Source: Podarcis vaucheri
Taxonomy: Eukaryota
NCBI GenBank assembly: GCA_965113315.1
Contig: OZ220367.1
Length of the DNA: 64,000 bases
Direction: 5' to 3' (one strand)
The notes under the pieces are model-generated. The model had not been told where the DNA came from. It made no database searches and saw only the letters and a list, made by a program, of their open reading frames with translations. Below, in pieces: positions 50,801 through 62,873 of this stretch. How positions within the stretch are numbered: the first letter of the stretch is position 1; every line of letters begins with the position of its first letter. The position numbers were made by a program, and so were the translations under genes.

Positions 50801-53427
50801 TGTCTTTTGAACTCTTCCACAGTTATTTAGAAGGGTGGCTGGCAAGGATGTTTAGGAAATTTAAGGCAACAGTAAGCACATTTTTTACTGGGATGTCCCA
50901 CTTAAATCAACAGTAATCACTTCCAAGGGAAAATGGTTGGGGACCATAAAAAGACCTTTGCCATGGCATAGCTCATTGTGAGAGGGCATAGCTCACTGGC
51001 ACATCATCTGCCTTGCATCCATGCAGCCCCTGGCACAATCTTAGGTCACCAGGGTTAGTAAAGAGACTGGCGGAGGCCAGCCAGAATAACCAATAACTTG
51101 GTTAGGTAAGCATTGAACTGACTTCATATATAAGACTGAATAAATGACTCTGCGCAATAAAACTCTTTACAAGTCTGCCCAAACTTCGCTGGAGACCTTT
51201 GCAGCAGAATGCATGAACTGTGAGCTGTGCACAAGGTCGGCTGCCCCCTTGTGGAGCGTGGCTCGATTTTCCTGCATCTCGGGAGAATAATTTCAGAATA
51301 AAGACATTTGTAAAAACAGTGGCAACATGCTCTTGAAACTTGAGTCATGCGCCTGTCAGAATCATGAAAGGTATAAGTATATTAATGTTTACTTCCCTCC
51401 TTAAATGTTGAGAGCCACCTGATAAATTGGAACCTGACAAATCACCTGATAAAAATACGTAAAATAAATTCCATACAATTAAATATGTAAATTACCTACA
51501 GCCTTCACACTCCCATTTCCCTCATGGCCCTTTGTGGCGAGCAAGTTATCTAGTTTCTCCCTTGGAGATAAAAACAGGAACTTTCACTCTTCCACAAATG
51601 ATTTCTCCCTAACTCAATCTATTCCATATTGTATTCCTGAAGGCATAACCCAAGGACATCATTGGAAGAGGAAAGCTCATCGGTAAGTGCAACAAATTTG
51701 TCTTACGAGAGCCTGCGATCCCCATGCGCCACACTTGAGCTGCAGGAGAATAAAATACAGCTCTGTAATTCAGTTATAGTACTTAATAGGCTGCGCCAGC
51801 TTAAATTTATTCAGACCTATTGAAACCAAACCAAATGCCTTTGTATGCTAGGTAATAAAGTTCACACAATTATTCGCTCACAGATAAAGGTAAACAAGCT
51901 GAATAAAACTGGAGTCCTAATAGCTTCATGGGTTGTGTTTGTGTGTGTGTGTGTGTGTTTTGCTCCATGACAGCTTTAAATATGACATTTAGAATCTGAG
52001 CAGGGAATATACAGGATGTGTAGCCAAAATTCAGCAAGGACCATATGCGATGGCTTTTTAAGTCTTTGCTGTCATTTGCTTCCCATTTCATCTGCTGGGC
52101 TCCAGTAATATGCTCAACTGGGGGTCTATTCAGTATTGCCAGCCAATGCTGTGGACAGGAGCATCTTTTGCAGCAGGGGGAGGAAAGGCACAGGGGATAT
52201 TCATGTTGGCATCTGTACACTGCTATGGAGAGCCCAGTTAACACCACAGACTCTCTGCAGGGAAGAGTGGGGCTCAAACTGCTCCTTCCCTGTGGAATTA
52301 CAGCACCACCCCTCTCAGTGTTATGCATAAGCCATGCATAGATAGCCATGTGTCCGAGAATGATAGCATTACTGGTCCAGAACTAAATATAATTTCATGA
52401 TTCATTCAAGGATGCCATCAGCCCAAGTTCAAAAATCTTAAGGAGGCTAATGAATGATGCAATTCATTCATTCATGTGGTTTCTGTCCTAACTCTTTGTT
52501 ACCAGGTGAACTCAAAGAAGGTTACAACATACTGCATTTAAAACCACAATCAAATAAAACAAATACAAATCTGCAAGAAAACCACAATTAAACCAGTCAA
52601 TTGCAATGTTTCTAACAGGTTCCCATAAGCCTCCTGAAAGAACAACAAAATGTTAGCTAGGCAGTCTCCATAGAGGAAAGGGAGGATCTACAGTCATGAG
52701 ACTTCCACCAATAAGAACCAGCTCCAAGACGTAACCAATTTCACGCTCAGTGGTAGGTGGCACATTGAGAAAGGTCTTCCAGTAAAAGATGCAGAGAGCT
52801 ATGTGGAAGCAGGTATCTCTTCATGTTAACAGAGGGTGGGGCGCAGTTCACATACCATAAGAACAATATTAGTTTTGTGGTTGTTTCTAATGGTCCTCTG
52901 GCACACTGCTTCACGTGCAGAAGATACTCCACTTACAGGATGTTGAATTGTTTATGCCCATAGTTCATGAAGGGCAAATTGAATATGGCAGATAAACAGT
53001 TTGCAAAATTTAACAAAAGCAGGGCATCTGCATAGCAGGATCTTTGAGCTTTTATGCACTCCACAACAATGGAAACCTGAGAAAGTCCCATAACATTTTA
53101 TGGAGGTTGCAAAGCTGTCAAACATCAAAAACCAGCTTTTTAACCAACACCTCTGTATAATGTGATACCAGTTCATCATATTACAAACAACTTAAGTACT
53201 AGCCACACCACAAGACACCAAAGACTGAGCAATGCAAAAATGAATGACAAAACCCTCATGATTTTACATTTAGAGCTTTGTTTGTGCCATCCCATTGTGT
53301 CAATATCAGTGAAATATCAAGGAGGCAATGCTAATAAATCAATCGCAAGAAAAGTGACACAAAATACAACTCAAGACATTTGACCTCTTAAAGTCTTAAA
53401 TTAATGGGCTCGACTCAAGACATTCAA

Positions 53428-53688
53428 TTGCTTGGTTTGCACATCACAGGACGGTATGCCAAACTATGACTTACTGGAACTGTGTGAATATGTGGGCTCC
53501 TGGAGAGAAGGTTGCAAATGCTTTTGCCTCTCCCCAAACCTTTTTACTCCCAACCCAGCACTGAGCTAAGGGAAAGTTTAGTTAGCATGATGTTTGAATC
53601 TGGGCTCTTAGTTAAGCTCTCTGCTCACTAACCACAAGCCATAGCCAAGATTTATAGTTTGGCTTACTGTGACGTGTGGAGTAGGCCA
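53428..53688. mobile_element. Degraded Harbinger-like MITE
   Basis: The ends ggtttgcacatcacag / ctgtgacgtgtggagtaggcc are loosely inverted. Confidence 0.4.
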
Positions 53689-54193
53689 ATGCAAAAAACA
53701 CATACAAAACCCAACTAAGCACCATAAAAGATTTCAGACATGAGGTTGGTTCCACAAAAGTCACCTGTATTTCCCAAATAATTCACCACATTTGGAAAGT
53801 TTTCTATGGTCAATTAAGTATTTTCTAGGACATGGAACTTTTCGTGGCAATGCTTTCTGATCCTTCCAATCAGACTGCCATTTGGCTAGTCCAAACTGCA
53901 TAATCCAGAGGTGCTAACCTTTTTTTTTTCCTGACAGGGCTCCAATGCTAAACACTTCTCACCCTGACCACCAACCCAGGACAGAGAAGAAAGGATTGAA
54001 AAATGAGTATCTTCTGTAATTTTGTATGCCACAAATCTTTTACAAGCTCAGGAGACCTATATGAAAACAAAACTGGCTTCATCATACAATTTGGACAGGA
54101 CAAATAAGAAGTGATTGAAGTAGCCATTGGTGTTTAAACTGCTTTAAATTTGTACAAACATACTTGAAATGCAGATTGACATGGTAGCTAGTA

Positions 54194-54548
54194 AGGTAAA
54201 GGTAAAGGGACCCCTGAACGTTATGTCCAGTCGCGAACAACTCTGGGGTTGCGGCGCTCACCTCGCTTTATTGGCTGAGGGAGCCGGCGTACAGCTTCCG
54301 AGTCATGTGGCCAGCACGACTAAGCCACTTCTGGTGAACCAGAGCAGCACACGGAAATGCCATTTACCTTCCTGCCACATCGGTACCTATTTATCTACTT
54401 GCACTTTGACATGCTTTCGAATTGCTAGGTTGGCAGGAGCAGGGACCAAGCAACGGGAGCTCACCCCGTTGCGGGGATTCAAACCGCTGACCTTCTGATC
54501 AGCAAGCCCTAGGCTCTGTGGTTTAGACCACAGTGCCACCCACGGCCC
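54194..54548 (-). mobile_element. Full-length Sauria SINE (subfamily 2)
   Basis: (AAGGTA)n tail at the left and reverse head ...cagtgccacccacggccc. 11-bp TSD ggtagctagta. Confidence 0.93.
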
Positions 54549-55436
54549 AAGGTAGCTAGTACATCACTGTAAATAGCCCACTGAAAGCCTCAGCAACAAG
54601 AGCTTTCAACACTTCAGAAATGTAAATATTTGAGCACGATAATGTTGTCTTCAAATTGCTATATATTCAGCCAGCCAACCAGCCATGTAGTATCCATTTA
54701 CTTCAACAGAGGATGCAAAAGAGGGCAGCACAACTCTCCGTGATATGGATGGAGATGGCACAAAATAATTGTTTGATGGAAATACACTCCAGACTAGGTC
54801 CACCATGCAAGTACATCAGTTGATTTCTCTCCTTCTGATGGCTGGGACTTTGACATGCAAACTGATAGCTCACATTAGAAAATTCATGCAGAAACTGCTT
54901 AATTCTGCCTTCTGATAGGCATTAAATGCTGACGTGGAAACTCTTCTACAAGAAGCGCCAAAATAATGGCTGGTGCTTCTTATTACAAACATAGCCAAGC
55001 GAGTTATCCCAATAGTTATCCCATTTCCAGCAGTGTGCATGGTCATTATACTGTACGTTGTGCCACTGTAACTGAAGTGATGGGAGGTGATATCTGGAGG
55101 CTTTCTGATGGCTCATTCATGCATACAAGTCACCACTTGATGATTCATCAGGTGATTAACATGTGCATGCAAACCAACCCATGGTAATCCGAGACCCATA
55201 GATAGTTTAAGCATAAGGAGGCGTGTTTAAAAGACCTTGTCCAGAATATTAACTTGCACTCTGAATTTCCTTTTCAACTTTTCTAAAGACGAACAGCAAT
55301 GTTATTCTAGGTAACATTTTTTTGCGTGTTCGCTGTAATCTGTTACTCAAAGGAAGTTCCCGTTTCATATATGGTTATTTTCAAATTATATTTGAAAGGC
55401 AACTAAGAAGGGCTTTGAGCAATTTAATTTTCAATG

Positions 55437-55625
55437 TAGTATAGATGTTTGAATGTTGGACTAGCACGGGGGAGACCCGAGTTCAACTCCCACTCAGCCA
55501 TGAGAGAAAACCACTCACTTAGGGTGACCTTTCACCCCGGCCTCACAGGGCTGGTGATAAAATGGAGAACCATGTGCACTGCCCTTCAGCTCTTTGGAGG
55601 AAAGGCTAGATAGTAATTAATGAAT
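55437..55625 (+). mobile_element. CORE/MIR-like SINE
   Basis: tRNA-like head (gacccgagttcaactcccactcagcca), core cctcacagggctggtg..taaaatgg, tail ctttggaggaaagg. Confidence 0.65.
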
Positions 55626-55949
55626 CAAGTGGGTTTTTATATATCCTTTTGTCACATGGAAATCACTTTGGGGTCACTTGTGAAAGCAGCTTACAAATGT
55701 TTCAGATAAATCATACTGAAGGAAACTATGGTGTTCAAGACAGATAGGCTGCGCTGACTCCAGCTACAGAAATGGAGGCTTCTGCTCCCTGCCTTGCAGG
55801 CCTTTTTCCTACTGGCCTGGGTGGGCAGGGCCCTGACTGACTCCAGCTACAAAAGCTGAGGCTGCGTTGGGGTATTTTTTATAGGTTGTTGTTGTTGCCA
55901 GGGGGTGGGGAGTTGTTGCTGTTTTTGATACTATTTTTTGTATGTTTAT

Positions 55950-56120
55950 TTTAGATCTTATTATGATTTATGCGGAAATGGTTTAATTTGGTTGTGTACC
56001 TTCTGAGGTTTTATTTATTGTTTTTGACTACTTTTGCTACATTTGTAATTATGTATTTTTTTCATGTTGTAGGCTGCCTTGAGCATGGTTTTAACTATGG
56101 AAAGGTGGCATACCAATAAC
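55950..56120 (+). mobile_element. L2-like LINE 3' end
   Basis: A T-rich tract followed by tgtaggctgccttgagcat...ggaaaggtggcatac. Confidence 0.5.
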
Positions 56121-56376
56121 ATGCCGTATGTGTGCAATTGTAGTAAATCTCAACAGAAGTTTTAAACAGAGATTGTTTTCCCAAAGTGCTCCTGATAATG
56201 CAGACAAAAAAATGTAAAAGGGGGGGGGAGGAAGCCCGCCCACTCAAACAACTGCAATCCATATTGATTTTCATTTAAAAGAGAGGCAGGGAGGTGGGGA
56301 CAATCCCTACTTTGAAATGCTTTACTGGAAAAGAAAGGCAAAATTGAAGTTGGATGAAAATTACTAAATGTCTTAC

Positions 56377-56489
56377 CTTGGCAACAGCCTTGCCTTCACA
56401 ATTGTTATTGGAATCTTTAAAGCCACTGAGTGAATCTCTTCTCTGTGGGCATGACTTCTTTTTGCGTGGTCTGCCTTTAAGATTTGGCG
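56377..56489 (-). CDS. ARID5B: ARID5B exon 5 equivalent (113 nt): (A)PNLKGRPRKKKSCPQRRDSLSGFKDSNNNCEGKAVAK
   Basis: Acceptor tgttttcag|CG CCA AAT (phase 1) and donor AAG|gtaaga. Contains an AT-hook/NLS-like KGRPRKKK. Confidence 0.96.
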
Positions 56490-57843
56490 CTGAAAACAAA
56501 CAGGCAACAATTTCAGCACAATTTCTTACAAAGGGGTAACACAGCTGAACACCAGTTGAGCAGTCTTCAAAAACAAGCATGCACCTTGAAGCAGCCTACG
56601 TCTCCCTATAATAAACAAGGATGTTATTGCCAGTAGTAGAACTGTTTCTAGGTCACATATTTCTACATTATATTTCCTGCCACCCCAGCTAATCTGTTGC
56701 TATTAACATATGACAAGGATCCAAATGAATGTTGAGAAAGCACAAATTGCTCTCTTGCAAAACAAAAGATCAGATGGGTGAACATCTTTCATACATCCAT
56801 TTTATTATGTAAAATGTAAGCATTAACTTGATTCCTTCTTCTGGGAATTTCCTTATAGTAGAAGGTATTTGATTAGCCAATGTTTATGTGCGTCAAAGAT
56901 TTTCTAAGTTGAAAAAAACAACCACTTCCATATATAGCACAAAGAACAAAATAATTGATTGGTACTTCTGTATATTACAGTTCAACCGCTAAAGGCATGA
57001 GACAAACAGAAATGCAATCCTCACTTTATCAAATCAGTCTCTTTAATGCTACACTTGAAGTCTTTTTTAACAGAACTGAGAGATTCCACAATACAGAAAA
57101 ACTCTGAGTTCTTCTTTGATAACCAGTATATACTACATATAGGTCAAACAAGGAAAACACACATTTAGATGTCTTTTAAACATGGGCATGCACACACACA
57201 CAATATAATGCTGATTATGACAAAACTCTGAGCAAAAGAATGAAGTAGTTGTTTTGTTCTGTAAGAAAAGTGACCCTTGTGTGCTCAGTCACCGGACTTC
57301 AACAACATTAAAAACGATAAACAATCATTAACTTGTGATTATAGTGGAGATAACTTGCTGTAACCCCCCCCTCTTTTAAAGTAACCATTGTTTTCATTAC
57401 TTCCAGGGACGATTATAATAATGTCAGAAATCGAAACACCACAAGCCTCTCGAGTGGCTTCTAATTGTTTCTAATCTTACATTTGTCACACAAGTGGTTT
57501 CAGGACATTTTACATTTTAATTAGCTCTCAGATGCAAGGCTGCTATAATTTGATACTGATGCTCTGGAGAAGAAGAAGAAAAACCCAGTTTCCTGCTGGC
57601 AGTGGTTCAAGTGGAGAACGAAAACAAAACAAACACATCACCCCTCAGCTTAAAAGCAAAGGTCCCACCCCAAACCTTCTTCCCTTGCCCCCACAAATGT
57701 TTCATGCTTCAGCGCTGCCTGCCGCTAAGTGTTTTAGAAAGCAACTCCAAGGTTTGGCATCTGAGGCTAGCATGCGAAAAGGGGGGGGGGGAGGAAAGGA
57801 AAAAGGGAGGAGGGGATCAAGAGAGAGTAAAAGAAATTATTAC

Positions 57844-57847
57844 CCAT
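57844..57847 (-). CDS. ARID5B: Coding end (ATG G) of the alternative first exon of the short ARID5B isoform (MAPNLK..., 937 aa predicted)
   Basis: The minus strand reads ctGGA ATG G|gtaata: strong Kozak context (G at -3 and +4) and a phase-1 donor matching the phase-1 acceptor of exon 5. From memory, human isoform 2 likewise starts M-APNLK. Confidence 0.8.
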
Positions 57848-58280
57848 TCCAGTCGACAAACATCTGCTTGATTTATCTCTCTACTCATGAATGCTGCAGC
57901 ATGTGACTGTGCGCTCACTACATCCCTGGAAGTAGTCTCGACTCGGTGTGCATGTCAGTCTTACACAGAATGAGCGCTCGGAGTATTTGCTTGGCGCTTA
58001 CAAATCCCCTCCCCCTCAGCTGCTCCGTTACTCATATAAACACAGATGAGTGACTCCAACAGAGGAGAGTGGGATGTGCACTCCGGACTCCAGCTCTCTA
58101 GCGGCTGACACCCTGCCAAGAAGCCTGCTCCCTCGTTTACAAATGTAGCTCATGATTTCATCCTAATTGTTTTGTTGCTCATGACCTCTTTGCTCGACAC
58201 CAGTTGGAGAGCACGCCACGTTCCACAAACCCAGGGTCGCTTTTAAGGCCCAGAGAGAGAGAGAGTGTGTGAGAGAGAAG
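57848..58280 (-). promoter_or_regulatory. ARID5B: 5' UTR and internal promoter of the short ARID5B isoform
   Basis: A TE-free, locally CpG-enriched stretch directly upstream of the ATG-G|gt exon end. TATA-like TTTATATG (minus, 58033-58040) and a GA/GT repeat at 58251-58278. The TSS was not determined. Confidence 0.6.
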
Positions 58281-59695
58281 GTGTCAATAATATCTCCCTT
58301 CAAAAGAGGTTGCATCAAGCCCAAAGTGCTTTCTCGATTTATTGCAGCCTGATGCGAGCACTAAAATTTAACGACTGCCGTAGAGTAAATGGGGCAAATT
58401 CATGTCTGGCAAAAGCACCTGAAGTTGCTCAAATGACGAGGATTAATTCTGGCTCAGGATCTTGGGTTTTGTAAGGATTACTTGTTTTATGGTAACCAGA
58501 ACGAAAGCACAGCTAGTTCCCAGCATGGGCATTTTAGAAAAATACAGGTTATTCCTGAATTTCAGGGGCATGCAGTGTTGTTTTGCACAAAAGGAAAACA
58601 CGCGAAGCCCTGCCAAATTTCTCGGTTTAAAGTTTTAATTAATTAAGTGAAAAGCTTCAAATGGCAGAAAAGGGCAAATTCCTGGAATAATGATCTTGCT
58701 TATGCCTGGGTAGTAGTGGTGGCAATATAGAATTTCTCATTTCTTCGGTTGCTGAGGAATTTGGACAGGAAATGACTCCATCCAGAATGTTCTAAGATTA
58801 CTTCTTGTATAACATAATGCAACTTTAAATCTCATTCATATTGGATGTATAATTAAAAGGAAAGCATCCCTATGAATCAGTGATGACTGTGGTATTTCAC
58901 TGCATAGCGAGAGGCAGTCTGACATTAAAAGTAATATTTCCATTGCAGCTGAAAAGATTAACACATCCCCATACGTAATGCACATACTGTATATACCGCT
59001 CTTAAGTGAGCTACATTTCCCTCTACTGAAAAAAATGATAGGTGATCACAAAATATGTATATGATCTATTTATTCATGGTGACATTATTATCCAAAAGAT
59101 ATTTGATAGATCATGTGGTGAAAAATACCGCTTCCCACCAAAGAGATCAGTCATCAGGAATATTCAGAATGTTGAATTGTTACAGGATGAATTAGTTCTT
59201 CGTTTTACATGTTTACACTCCACTTCATCCTATCTGGATTTCAGGGCAGCGAGCAACCCATTTGTAGCACAATACAAGTAAACAATAATAGAATAACAGA
59301 TTTTCAAAATCAACAAAAAATTAGAAGTTAAAAATGCCCAGTGAATAAAAATGGGTTTTCATAGATCGTCCCGTATTTTCTCTCTGAGAATGTCAGAAGT
59401 TAAAAATTCATGCCACCTTTTTTTAAAAAAAGCAACAAACCACATACACACAAAATCAGTTCACACAAAACCCTGCAGGAAAGTGTCAGAGTAACGTAAA
59501 CTTAAATAAACTACTTAGCAAGTAGTAGATCCTAGTCAGCAGATGGATAAACTTGCCAGATGTAGTGCCTTGAACCATCTGCTGAAAGAGTAGCCCATGG
59601 TTGGCGTGGAGAGGAATGGGTGGTTGGCTTTTTCTGCACTGATTCTATGAGAGTTTGCTGCCTGGCTGGTCTTTGGACCCTGCAACATCAACCTC

Positions 59696-59729
59696 CCCTT
59701 CCTTCCTTCCTTCCTTCCTTCCTTCCTTC
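59696..59729. repeat. (CCTT)n microsatellite
   Basis: Read directly. Confidence 0.92.
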
Positions 59730-60809
59730 TCAAGCAACAGAGATAGCACCAAGCTTAAGGGGGAGTGAGGAGGAAAACTAGACAGCAAAAGCAAACACAA
59801 CTACTGTGGGTTGCCTGGGGTAGAAAGTTCGGCCCTACAGTAGGAAGACTTCCCATAAAACCTGTTTATGTAATGAGTACTTGTAGAAAGTCTCAGTGCA
59901 ACCAGATAATTACCCGGGAACAACATGTACGTAATCTTGGGTTCCATGATGGAAGAAATGTGGTCCATAAATGTAATAAAATGAATAAATTAAGTATGTG
60001 CATAACAGACTGTGCATATCAAGACTTCTTGTCTGTGAAGCAGGCAGAATTAAAAAGAAGCCAACAAGAGAACGAAAGAGCAAAGAAACAGACCAAGTAC
60101 ATGGGAAAATGAAGAAACAACAATGAAAGTCGCTCATTTTAAACAGTTCAATCAACTTAAAACTTTAGTACAGTGCAGTTTTTATTCAGTCGCACTATGA
60201 GCTAGGGGAACACATGCCTAATCTGAAGCTATTTTAATTACTTATTAGGGAAGGAAATATTTAAATTGCCTTTCTAATAATGAACAGTACTTTTGATTCT
60301 TTCAGTGTCATCGAACAAGACCTTAAATTGAAAATGTTGTAATATGTAAAATGACTTAAATTTAAACCAGATACCTAATCAGGTAATTAATTAAAATGAA
60401 TGATAAATCAACAAATTTAAATGGATGGCAATTGTAGTAACTTGCTATATTCCAAGTTTAGGTGCCTATGACAAAAGTTAACCTGTTCTACCAAGCGAAA
60501 GTATGAAACACTAGAGTTTGATTCAAACAGTGGTGAGATGGTGGTGACAAAATATTACTTCTCCACCACCAATGCAGCTGTTCAATGTCACAGAGCAACG
60601 CTAGTTCAGGTCATGAAGGCCCTTGTATTAATATAGGGAGGTGAGGAGACCTAGAACCCCTGGAGGCCTGCTGCGATGAGTTCCCCATACATTTTACAGA
60701 TAAGGCCACTCATACCTATATCAACTTGGATGCTATAATTGGTACAGGGGCTGAAATGGATAGGATTGGCACACCATCTGAGCACACTGCAAGGGCTACT
60801 TTTCGGCTT

Positions 60810-61125
60810 GTGCAACCTGAGGATGTGGACAACCTTCTTGGAGGGCTAAGAGCTACCATGTGCTCCCTGGATCCTTGCCCAACTTGGCTACTGTGAAATC
60901 TACCAGGGCGCAGGTGGGCTTATGGACCTCTGAGATGTCTTACCCTGGGGAATGGATAGGAGTAGAACACAACCATGTGGTTTTTCCCTGGACCTCACAG
61001 TACGTTTGGATACTATCAACTCTGCTATCCTTCCAGACCTATAGTCAGGATTAAGCTTAGAAGGTATGAATTAAAGGTGGCTTTCGTCCTTCTGGAAAAA
61101 TCAGTATAAAAGGTGCTTTGGGTGG
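60810..61125 (+). mobile_element. Decayed L2-clade LINE ORF2 fragment
   Basis: Reads FRLVQPEDVDNLLGGLRATMCSLDPCPTWL, then after a deletion LDLTVRLDTINSAIL (cf. the RT motif LDLSAAFDTIDH.IL). Frameshifted. Confidence 0.72.
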
Positions 61126-61250
61126 GTGGGGGGACTTTTGTTCCACCACTTGAGCTCCTTGCTACATCATCCTGTCATCCTTGCTGTAAGCCACTGTAAT
61201 TTACCCCATTGGCATGACTGCGTAGATAAATAAAGCCAAATGATTTACAC

Positions 61251-61807
61251 CAATGGTTTTCAGTCAGTGTGCCGTGGTGCCCTGTGGTGCCTTGAATGAT
61301 GGTCAGGGGTGCCACAGGCAACACTGGCCTCTGTCCCTGTTTCCTTCCCTCCTCTGATGCCCTCTTGCATCTCTGCCTCCCAAAGGCTTGCACAGCTGTT
61401 TGTTGCAGCAGCCCTGGCTACAAGTTCTGCAGGTAAATGGTGCCTCTGGGGCTGGTCAGGGGGTGCTGATTGCCAGGAGCTGAGGCGGCCTTGGAGTAAG
61501 CAAACAATCAAGGGAGCCCAGCCAACTAGTCCTCCAGCCCTTGCTCTTGGGAATGGACAGTGTGAGGAGATACCTCTCTTTGGGGCAGGGGGTGGGCACC
61601 TCAGAGACTGCCTGGAGGACTCCCAAGGAGAGGGGAGAGGAGGCTGGGGGGAAACTCTGCAAGGGAGGGTGTTCGAAAAAGGGAGAGAGGCTGCCAGCTC
61701 TTCAGGCAAGGGGTGATATAACTGGGCTCCTGATCCCCACAGGGGTGCTGCAGAAAGAAGGTAGTTGGTCAAAGGAGTTGTGGACTCAAAAAGGTTGAAA
61801 ACCTCTG
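61251..61807. mobile_element. hAT-type non-autonomous element (557 bp, GC-rich interior)
   Basis: TIR caatggttttca / ttgaaaacctctg, TSD atttacac / gtttacac, subterminal gtgcc repeats. Confidence 0.75.
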
Positions 61808-62631
61808 GTTTACACATTTTCTTTCTTTTTCATAGCTCTCCCATTCTTCCTGTTTTGTCCCTAATCCTGACCTTTGTGACACTAACTATTTCTGTGGAAA
61901 TAGTATGGTGACACAAATCAAACAAGAACCAAAGATTGGGGGAAAGTTCTGTTTCAAAATATGTACAATAGCAACAAAAAGGAAGTTCACCTAATTATTG
62001 GCAAAGCAAATTGTTCTTGGTACAATAAAAAATATGATTACTTTTCCACCTAGCTACTTCCTGGTGTCAAAATAACTCTGGGATTCTGGGTGAGGTGAAA
62101 CAGTGTGACATGGAAATTTTGCAAATATCAAGAACCACACAAGCCCTTGCTGACAATCTGAGCTTAGCAACTCTTTCCATTTTAGAAAGAAAGACTTAAC
62201 ACCATTCATAGCTCTGGATTCCCAAGATAAACTCACTCTTGCTTTTTCAGAAGAAGAAGGGGACATAGATTTCCTGCGTTTGGAAAAAGTGATAGCAGTA
62301 TGAAAACTCACACCAAAACAAAAAACCCACAGCGTCCCATCATTGTTTAAAGGAAACAGAATACAATTAACTCATGCTATTTTTTATTTTTATCATAAGG
62401 CTGATGAGGTACAAAAACACAGTTTGGCCAAATAAGGTTAGTGCCTTAGATATTTCAGTGCCCTAGGTTGAATATTAAAAACTGCTAAATTCAATTAAAC
62501 CTCCAGTCACCATCAACATCTGGAACTTATTGGTTTCAGTGCAGCTTCTATAATTTGAGAATTGCCTGCCTTTGGGAGCTGATTTCCATTTGACTTTTTG
62601 TCCTTAGGTATGCATACCTGAGTCTCAAATA

Positions 62632-62873
62632 CAGTTGTACTTTGGGTTAAGAACTTAATTCATTCTGGAGGTCCATTCTTAACCTGAAACTGTTCTTAAC
62701 CTGAGGTACCACTTTAGCTAATGGGGCCTCCTGCTGCCGCCGTGCCACCGGAGCACAATTTTTGTTCTCATCCTGAAGCAAAGTTCTTAACCCGAGGTAA
62801 TATTTCTGGGTTAGCGGAGTCTGTAACCTGAAGCGTCTGTAACCTGAAACGCCTGTAACCCGAGGTACCACTG
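62632..62873 (-). mobile_element. Tc1/mariner MITE, family A copy 3
   Basis: cagttgtactttgggttaag...taacccgaggtaccactg with TA TSDs. Colinear with 12951-13170. Confidence 0.92.

Noticed and set aside
61175-61817. Cluster of overlapping 70-185 aa ORFs
   Set aside because: They fall almost entirely in the GC-rich interior of a non-autonomous hAT element and show no transposase motifs.
62395-62450. Possible hammerhead ribozyme (CTGATGAG...aaaac...gttt)
   Set aside because: It lacks the GAAA core and the stem I complement does not follow the putative cleavage site. Other CTGATGA hits I checked (e.g. 16704) also lack GAAA.
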